From an uncultured virus (IMG/VR IMGVR_UViG_3300002140_000103) (taxonomy: Duplodnaviria; Heunggongvirae; Uroviricota; Caudoviricetes), in IMG/VR virus record IMGVR_UViG_3300002140_000103: a DNA stretch of 64,000 nucleotides, one strand, 5' to 3'. A program made the position numbers and the translations under genes. Under the pieces are notes generated by a model. The model searched no databases. It saw nothing but the letters and a program-made list of their open reading frames with translations, and was not told the DNA's origin. Shown piece after piece: positions 60,701 through 64,000 of the stretch. How positions within the stretch are numbered: position 1 is the stretch's first letter; each line of letters starts with the position of its first letter.

Positions 60701-62643
60701 AATCCAGTATCGGTGTAGACAGTAATTGATTCCTGTGCAGTGTCTTGGTATATAAATGAACTGTCTAGTATATTAAAATCAAAAAGGATATCGCCAATAT
60801 TGTTAATATTTCTATAAGATAATGAAAATCCTAATTCGCTATCAGCTGTGCTAGTTCCAACTTGGTAGCTAAAAAGTTTATTTCCTGCAAAAGTACTATA
60901 AGGATATGTTATAGAATCGTTAAAAGAATTTCCATCTTTATCAAACATATCAAATAACGGTGCTTGGTTTACTGCTGTTTTTTCTTGTGATGGATTCCAC
61001 AAAGTTCCGTTATAGTAGAACATCTTTCCTTTGTATTCAGTTCCTTGCAGTACTAATACTGTTTCGTTAATAACAGGAGAAGAATCGGTTGTAGCAATTA
61101 AACTGATCTGTCTACGACCGTTATGAGTTATAAAGTTTACTTCGTAAATGTTATTAGCTACTAGTATGTCTTTATCAGCAGTAAATAAGATACGCATACC
61201 ATCAACTAAATTGATTCCGTCAACGTTGTATCCAATACTACCTTCAATGTTGCTAAAAACATCTGTAGTGTAAGTATCAACTAAGTCAACATTTACTTTA
61301 CATTTTGTACCGTGCTGAAACAGTTTTAACCCTGCTTCAAATTCAATAATAGGACGTTTAGCTCGTTGGGTTTGATCAAGAACAACAGGTTGATTGTTAA
61401 TATAAGCAACTTGTTCGATAATTGAACGATGGCACCATCTGTTATATCTACTCCACGGGTTTCTGTCTGCACTTGCTCTATTAATTACAATGTAATCTTT
61501 AGTGCCAGGAAAACTAGTACCATCTTCAAAGGGATATTGATCAAATGCTTCGTCGCCGCCATCAAACGGAATTTTATATTCGCTTGTAAAAATTGATGGT
61601 ACTTCTAGATTCTTTTCTGATACTAGTACTATAGAATTACCAACACCTTCAACATACCAATAACCTTCGGCATATGTATCAGGAATAACTGTTCCAATAA
61701 ACTTTAGTTTCATTCCATTACTTAATTCAGTACCGTTGCTAGTTTTATAAGTTTTCTTTCCTAGTATATCCGAGTTTATATCGAGTTCTGTATTTTCAGT
61801 TATATCATTAATTGAAAAAATACCACTAACGTTAATATCATTCTGACTAACGTAGTATAATGTATCAGGCGCATTATCAGGAACTGTAAATTCAATAACT
61901 CCGTCTTCTACATAAACAGTTTCTTTTGAAACGCCTGTGTTATAGAAATTAGTTGTATTAAATTCTCTATTACTTGTAATAGCTATTGGATGCCCAACAG
62001 TATTGATTTCAAATTTATAACGTTGTCCTCTATACAACTTAATGATAGGGTTTCTTTCAATTCCTGTAGTAGGATAATCTGTTTCTGTGAATATATAAGA
62101 CGGAGTAGCAATATCATAAACTAGACTTATCGAATATGTACTTACTACACTTCTTGATGTTCCGTATACAGTTATAGAATCCGGGCCCATAGGTAGCCAA
62201 TAGTATTCTCTAAAGTTTGTAAACTTATCCCAATCGATATGAGGGTTCCATGTATAAAATTCTTGACTGTTTGTTAAACTATGATTACTAGTTGTACCTT
62301 TAAAGTTTTTAATTTGAGATATATAATCATTGTAATTCTTTAAAAAGTTTACATTGTTTAATTCATCTTTATAAACTGCAACTGGCTCAAACTGATAGTT
62401 TGATCTATCTGCTGATACGTCCTCAAGGTAGCTATCATCAACTGATCTAGTTTTTGAATGTCTTCTTCCTGCAAAAACATTAAGTTTTTCAACAACACCT
62501 GGTGCAAGCATTTGATCAATAGTACTACTGATAAACTTTTTATTAATGTCTGTTCTAAAGTATTTTGGTAGAAAGTTTGATGAACTTCTGTCAGTGTTAT
62601 TGCCTGCAGGAAGATTAAATTCGTCTTGATTACTGTTAGCCAT
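48724..62643 (-). CDS. Giant 4639-aa multidomain virion (baseplate/tail) protein
   Basis: Uninterrupted ORF following the baseplate wedge-like gene. Contains FG-GAP-like propeller repeats, W-x4-Y-xxG-xxV sugar-binding-like repeats, GxGY-xxxPxV repeats and many beta-sandwich-like units. Confidence 0.85.
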   Translation of the reverse strand: MANSNQDEFNLPAGNNTDRSSSNFLPKYFRTDINKKFISSTIDQMLAPGVVEKLNVFAGRRHSKTRSVDDSYLEDVSADRSNYQFEPVAVYKDELNNVNFLKNYNDYISQIKNFKGTTSNHSLTNSQEFYTWNPHIDWDKFTNFREYYWLPMGPDSITVYGTSRSVVSTYSISLVYDIATPSYIFTETDYPTTGIERNPIIKLYRGQRYKFEINTVGHPIAITSNREFNTTNFYNTGVSKETVYVEDGVIEFTVPDNAPDTLYYVSQNDINVSGIFSINDITENTELDINSDILGKKTYKTSNGTELSNGMKLKFIGTVIPDTYAEGYWYVEGVGNSIVLVSEKNLEVPSIFTSEYKIPFDGGDEAFDQYPFEDGTSFPGTKDYIVINRASADRNPWSRYNRWCHRSIIEQVAYINNQPVVLDQTQRAKRPIIEFEAGLKLFQHGTKCKVNVDLVDTYTTDVFSNIEGSIGYNVDGINLVDGMRILFTADKDILVANNIYEVNFITHNGRRQISLIATTDSSPVINETVLVLQGTEYKGKMFYYNGTLWNPSQEKTAVNQAPLFDMFDKDGNSFNDSITYPYSTFAGNKLFSYQVGTSTADSELGFSLSYRNINNIGDILFDFNILDSSFIYQDTAQESITVYTDTGFLKSYNNIGDQSIYVNGWKKAIANSKQPVIRQYVSEPGPYKVDVFTVSSGLLTDLVVRVYLDGVKKEENVHYTLSTRNNIKIVTFLPTISTANSSVVLKCYSNANKNSNGFYEMPINFEKNPLNENLLTFTLGEVNDHVSSIVQDVPGFSGDILGVNNLRDLGNVTEHGKRFVQHSGPLNLALYHVTDKDANIIKSLKFARKEYAKFKRQFINEFEYTGFHGGTKEHVDLILSTITKDKTSSMPFYFSDMLGVGANTKTIHTVEYDGPSYFALSLDFDLLTLSTKSVLVYKNDVQLVHGDDYNFTDRFVYVLDLVYGDTVTVYEYQSTNGTYIPPTPTKLGLYPKYLPMKFTDNSYSTPKNVIQGHDGSIILAFDDYRDDLILELETRIYNNIKIEYNTSLLDVHSFVGGAFRNTNFDTVDINNAMLADFAQWIEIAGSPDYSSNTFYDSQDSFTYNYYSMTDYNDNEISGYWRSIFKKYFDTDRPHTHPWEMLGFTIKPTWWEAQYGPAPYTSDNLILWNDLQDGIIKVPNAAIIRDPKYIRPGLLTFIPVDEYGKLLSPLECGLAKNFSISNGQAAFKFGDSSPVETAWRRSSEYPFSLITSWVLLQPAKLLGLGFDLSRIKRDAAGNLVYTETDKRISLSSLKFPTIGIDTNVILTSGLVNYIASYMSGKNASRYTNYITNLKGLNNQLAIKLGGFADKTKLKLLLDSRSPLNKTSVFVPDENYQIAFITSSALEIAVLSGIIIEKTANGYLISGYDKEDPVFLYNVPALTNSDPAITVGGISEKFVTWAENKTYPIGTIVEYNSKYYRTKTTHQSTTEFDSNKFAQIASIPIVGGASAVLKRNFDVQVSRLSYGTLLSSKQDLVDFMLGYEYYLKNQGFKFEYFNTETEAVENMQLCVKEFLFWTTQNWDNGTILTVSPVANQVSFERPYHVVDNLFDGFYDYSLLAGNGQSVSKEFSNIFRNSQNEFGLKPIGMSEGIFLVKLPLVQKEHVILIDNETVFNDVIFDKITGYRQDRIKLVGYRTDNWNGSLNIPGFIYDDAKVTVWSIWTDYSLGDLVKYKEFYYVSTVKHTSNEYFDANHWSILNDRPEPELLPNWDYRVNQFTDFYSLDTDNFDSEQQRLGQHLIGYQKRNYLSNIITDSVSQYKFYQGFIQDKGTKNSLTKLFDALSSANTDSLEFYEEWAIRLGQYGSVENNIEVEFKLDESKYSLEPQLFELVNNTNVNRTDLTYELLQSDAVLLPTDYDHSALFSTTVNKSIFTKNSGYCRNEDVTFVSESEEQLVNLNIDDIQIGDFVWIKNQKQNWNAIRHVSTGYNVESIIARLPDETTFDATDLIGFTVYFDTTVDFVEDELVGLRSRLDGVNGFHKVKSVVGNEVVFITQAEITEPDEGDDSTVINVSRFVKRRFTDINDLNQNIKQVASEFDDTVWIDSGEESFAVFTNNPVFSVQQEIVNPDVTSTGFSTSFDINDSNAVVVVGSIDNSVRIYTRNVEAQEKTLFQTLLVNSTIDVDSKYGFDVAISEDGKYIAVGAPNASNAKTYYAGYVEPDKSYNIGDIVNDRGTLWRALTDIASWGSGDSSTIDINDQDWAPAYLNETSEFGNTDFGYTNQGAVFLYERRIDDNTYELSHCIVSPNPTTDERFGYKVELRKTSTGLTKLFVGAPGEDAVDQGRIYFLDNTDDAWTYTKDRKFKGSYSDYAKYDINDIVFESNVLYKALTNIDAGVSPPTSINTDWQVVTDVEHTGYVPHGDLSIEASEASLFSTATNIGKIFDVNKLADIFVMPASTDQNNAAAHERVTIYRHTDNRWTYSQSIDTDDSLEDFGYVVAIDEVGEKIAIGAPLNDDAGIDQGVVYVYKQVTTDNVSTYTLNQTLKSPFDEPNEAFGTGLDFYGNKLAISGKNTDTKIHTTLDRYTELNYNVVVGKDEDGANIYSVYVFDNTSAESAAPTTFDGNSTKLITTIKDSGRVSIWQEIDDYYIYGEDAAYNRNIKFNDVSNFKLVNNHLYIGLPKVDLNLVGDSSLEDGYNITDNSSVGILADLRSEQNANAWVNIAQQSGKVSIPAIQRCFLYANDTSDLILNLDIIDPRQGKFAGPAEQELSFKTHYDPATYSVNASGTITDITVDSSINWTDKYVGMLWWDMSTASWYNPYQGDIQYRSSVWNKLTVGSTVDVYEWVRSDVSPTEWAALADTTAGISRGISGLPLYDDTIFSFKNTYDVEKNTTVLKYYFWVKNNRILPQNNNNRRLPAQQVAALIEDPAGFGYRFIAPLDKDKFALYNSKGLVEGTNTILHFGFYKDNELQSNTHNEYQLITEGLDTSRVNSEIETKWFDSLIGYDSNNKPVPDTRLTVKQKYGILNVPRQSMFVNRIEALKQFVERVNIVFAENQIVDNYNLTGMLLKDEVPNINVGKYDTTADTVSQLQFLGVAKLSQAVLQPTVVNGKITNVTILNAGRGYKVSPVVTVTDTYGSRAIIKTTINNLGQVTSVNIRSQGKNYSPDTALEVRPFSVLVSSDSEIGNRWAIYSWDSAQQVWFRTSNQAYDTTRYWSYTDWYAEGYASSTEIKHLIDSSYKLYPLNDIIGDIVKIENVGSGGWLLLEKVDDQLTEDYTINYRTVGRQNGTLQLSPYLYTVSTGFDNGIYDTSFYDREPIYELRNIIIALRDDIFISDLAVEYNKLFFAGVRYAFAEQSNIDWIFKTSFVRAKHNLGDFRQELTFQNDNLENYQDYVNEVKPYSTKVREYISSYTYVEPTGSLTTDFDLPPSYNEETNIIETSIATVQDGVVTNILDKYLYSPYDNWVDNNGYHVVSYEVVEGGSGYTSSPAVTVTPSNGATARAYVRKGAVYQVELITRGERFITPPTVTVADPDTNGYTAKVSPVLGNPLVRSAHITIKFDRVSGNYYVTDLKPNVDGYETFVGTGSQRTFNTKWPLDIRTDQYSVYINNTLQLSSTYTVSNSFTTDQEKLYDDESFNYDTLQNTAAGPGTSHLTLGYNVQRGRIRFVKAPAVGAVIKVYYMKDVSFLSAADRINFFYNPTTGMAGKDLAQLMDGVEYSGVKFDSIGFGNEQGFGGLFGAAPWDTFDNTYEDEIFVLDGSTTVFQLSKALEDGVEYNFYLNGVRLDDPEYDLTTVLSNPNAVLETIVGDGVTDTITIDEDLVPTFAGDIVIIRKSTSDGSYTPSSTSYDTALGGGNLAYTTATGLLTEDITVDGDGFVTPTTSKGPEELVPGEIVDTLDIKVYHRDSDGVGVISTTNYVLLDGSTVIFGLPGIAQTTESVIVKLDNVIQDPSRYNLNFENNTLEFADSSISIGSSLAITTIGTNGNNLIETNYFTSDGSTTTFITGAIWTDSLSVFLTVNGIVKTSGVDYNYLVTTTEDNASNRLKIVFEPGILAEGDFFQYSIYSTTVKTYSQVVIDRTFESNGTTDYHTVNPAPFESQPFSHKILVKVNDTILNPGYSTSYTTQSHRTYDIEEWQFEDISLIDEAEVLVFADGVRLTRTEFTWDPINGRITLLRNDVAPQGTKLDIFVIGDAEYYFVDTQIDLQSIDSSEINISSTFNVGDEIVIQSIDSSATSVNAIIKSISQSSVVVRSYRKDIHALFTQYNSTEFNILLLSNSEVNHDAYITDVSYVLSDSVTFAIAPSSGEEVEIYTFSNHDVNQFERITYKVRTVGITNPEDSTGYAPLPIDTFSYIQRNLIVGGYVRLRGTISSAEYAWVSVNGTLLTPHIDYYLLPAGDAIQLVNKPLENDIIDVLQFANAPTTAKFGFRIFKDMLDRTHYKRLNQDKGYALISSLNYYDHKISLESADGLFQPNTSKNIPGVIFIEGERIEYFGISGRDLTQLRRGTLGTGVRNVYAVGTVAYGQGLDETINYSDVILSQTTISDGSSGSYQIAFRDYMASTNVNEIDVFVGGIRLRKTALTVHNPSLDIDRYNSNKGTVTLEPEFTISGNDVLLSTTPDAGIDVKIVRKTGKIWNNGNNSLAQSDNAISRFLRGATISLPK

Positions 62644-64000
62644 TAGTAAATAAAGCCCCCGGTTGTTGTTGTTGCAGTACTAATGCCACTAGTAACTGTA
62701 TTTGGTGTGGTAGCAGTTGTTGATGTTACTATGCTACCACTTGCTTTTAATCTCTCAGCAGTTATTGAAGAAATAATTTCTACATCTTTAACTGTTGCAG
62801 CACTTATGAAGATTTCATCTGATTCTGCTTTTATTTCAAATAAACTACCAAAACTACTAGTAGCATCTCTCGGAACAAGAACAATACTGCTTATATCTGG
62901 TGCTAAATCTTGCATAATATAAGTAGACAATTCACTCCAATAAAAAGTTTCTCCAAAGTCCCAATTGTCTAATGCAAAAAACTTGTTAATAGCACCAATT
63001 GTTCTAGATTTTAAATCATTGTCATCAGTTACACGCCCGGCATTTTTTACTATTTTAAATGTAGCTTGCATATTTGTATCGCTCTTACTTCCAAATAATA
63101 TTTTATATTTTACAGGATGATAAATTACTTCATCGCTTATACTTTTAATTTTATTAATTGCAGTACCGTAACTTCTATAAAGTTGGTCACTACTTTGTGC
63201 CAACGGTTTAACAGCTAATACTCCATTAAGATAATATCTAAAGTTTGTATCATATTGCTTTGTTAAAATATATGTGTCTATGATATTAGTACTACTTGGA
63301 TCAATACGACTATTTTCATCTGCTGCATGAAGATATTGGAATTTTATATTATCTCTTCCAATGTATGCTGTATAATCGTACAATTGAGTTAACGCTCTTG
63401 TTGAGCTGTTTAGTTGTTTAAACACATTGTCGTCAACTATGTAATATATAGGATTGCCTTCAGCTAACAAGTTTGGCGATGAGCCAGTTGCTACTGTTAC
63501 TATGTTCTCTGTAGTTGCGTTAACATATACATTAAAAACATTATTGTTTATAAGAATATTTTTAGTAAAGACAAAGTTAGTTGGACTTACAATAATAGCA
63601 AAAGTATCAGGATCATCAACTACTCCATCATCATCAAGATCTGCAAATGTTACTTCAATTTTTTTACTATCGATGTACCCTGCTGTATCACGATATTCGC
63701 TAACTATTTTCCATTCTAAATCTCTACTAAAAGGACGTCCAACATATGTGTTTACGTCACTGTTAATACTTAAAACAGATACAGTGTCTTTAATAATGCC
63801 GCCGGTCTTACTATCGTATATTTTTTTACTGCTATCATAATAAAATCTACATTCAGTGTCGCTTTCAAAAATATATCTTAATGTTTTGTAAGTCATTTCG
63901 TAATCAAAGCCGTTTGTTTCAAACAATATAATCCAACTACTATCAAGTTGTTGACCTGTTGTGTCTCCTGCTAACCCAAGGCTAAAATCGTCTATTAAAT
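62643..64000 (-). CDS. Baseplate wedge-like protein, C-terminal part (runs off the right edge)
   Basis: Frame is open to the edge; IDPS.TNIID.YIL, K.ISDE.I.HPVKYK and NWDFGETFY.SEL resemble T4 gp6/baseplate-J-like C-termini. Confidence 0.7.
   Translation of the reverse strand, partial: LIDDFSLGLAGDTTGQQLDSSWIILFETNGFDYEMTYKTLRYIFESDTECRFYYDSSKKIYDSKTGGIIKDTVSVLSINSDVNTYVGRPFSRDLEWKIVSEYRDTAGYIDSKKIEVTFADLDDDGVVDDPDTFAIIVSPTNFVFTKNILINNNVFNVYVNATTENIVTVATGSSPNLLAEGNPIYYIVDDNVFKQLNSSTRALTQLYDYTAYIGRDNIKFQYLHAADENSRIDPSSTNIIDTYILTKQYDTNFRYYLNGVLAVKPLAQSSDQLYRSYGTAINKIKSISDEVIYHPVKYKILFGSKSDTNMQATFKIVKNAGRVTDDNDLKSRTIGAINKFFALDNWDFGETFYWSELSTYIMQDLAPDISSIVLVPRDATSSFGSLFEIKAESDEIFISAATVKDVEIISSITAERLKASGSIVTSTTATTPNTVTSGISTATTTTGGFIY

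Noticed and set aside
23..63840. Numerous short plus-strand ORFs and nested minus-strand ORFs in the track
   Set aside because: They are antisense or alternate-frame shadows of well-supported genes and have no motifs; only 7119..8099 is accepted on the plus strand.
1..64000. Stop-codon recoding, CRISPR array, tRNA/rRNA, integrase, transposase, intron or intein
   Set aside because: Genes tile densely in code 11, with TAA, TGA and TAG all used as stops. I recognised no such repeats, RNA genes or mobile-element motifs by eye.

Overview
AT-rich segment of a large (jumbo-type, myovirus-like) phage genome in the standard genetic code. Nearly all genes are on the minus strand. The right third (about 40.8-64 kb) is a tail/baseplate block: a partial baseplate wedge-like gene, a 4639-aa multidomain virion protein, three paralogous tail fibres and two paralogous small structural proteins. 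Directly downstream (about 40.7 kb to the left edge) is an unbroken, roughly 40-kb cluster of about 43 genes, mostly tailoring enzymes. It holds 13 radical SAM genes (9 with an N-terminal twitch-like Fe-S domain, 2 with a C-terminal twitch/SPASM-like domain, 2 cobalamin-type of which one is cut by the window edge) and about 6 glycosyltransferase-like genes. It also has 5 2OG-Fe(II) oxygenase-like genes, 4 SGNH-like genes, 2 amidinotransferases, 2 PLP enzymes, 2 methyltransferases, a sulfotransferase, an NDP-sugar epimerase, an aldehyde dehydrogenase, a GNAT and a nitroreductase. My inference is a virion (or host-surface) glycan synthesis and hyper-tailoring pathway. By hand alignment I also found three places where a gene or gene block is followed by a diverged in-frame relic of the 3' end of the gene in front of it. 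This suggests the cluster grows by insertion of cassettes at gene 3' ends. Sigma70-type promoters (two apparently leaderless) precede enzyme genes, and TAAATA late-type motifs precede structural genes. All product calls come from motif recognition only; no database searches were run.
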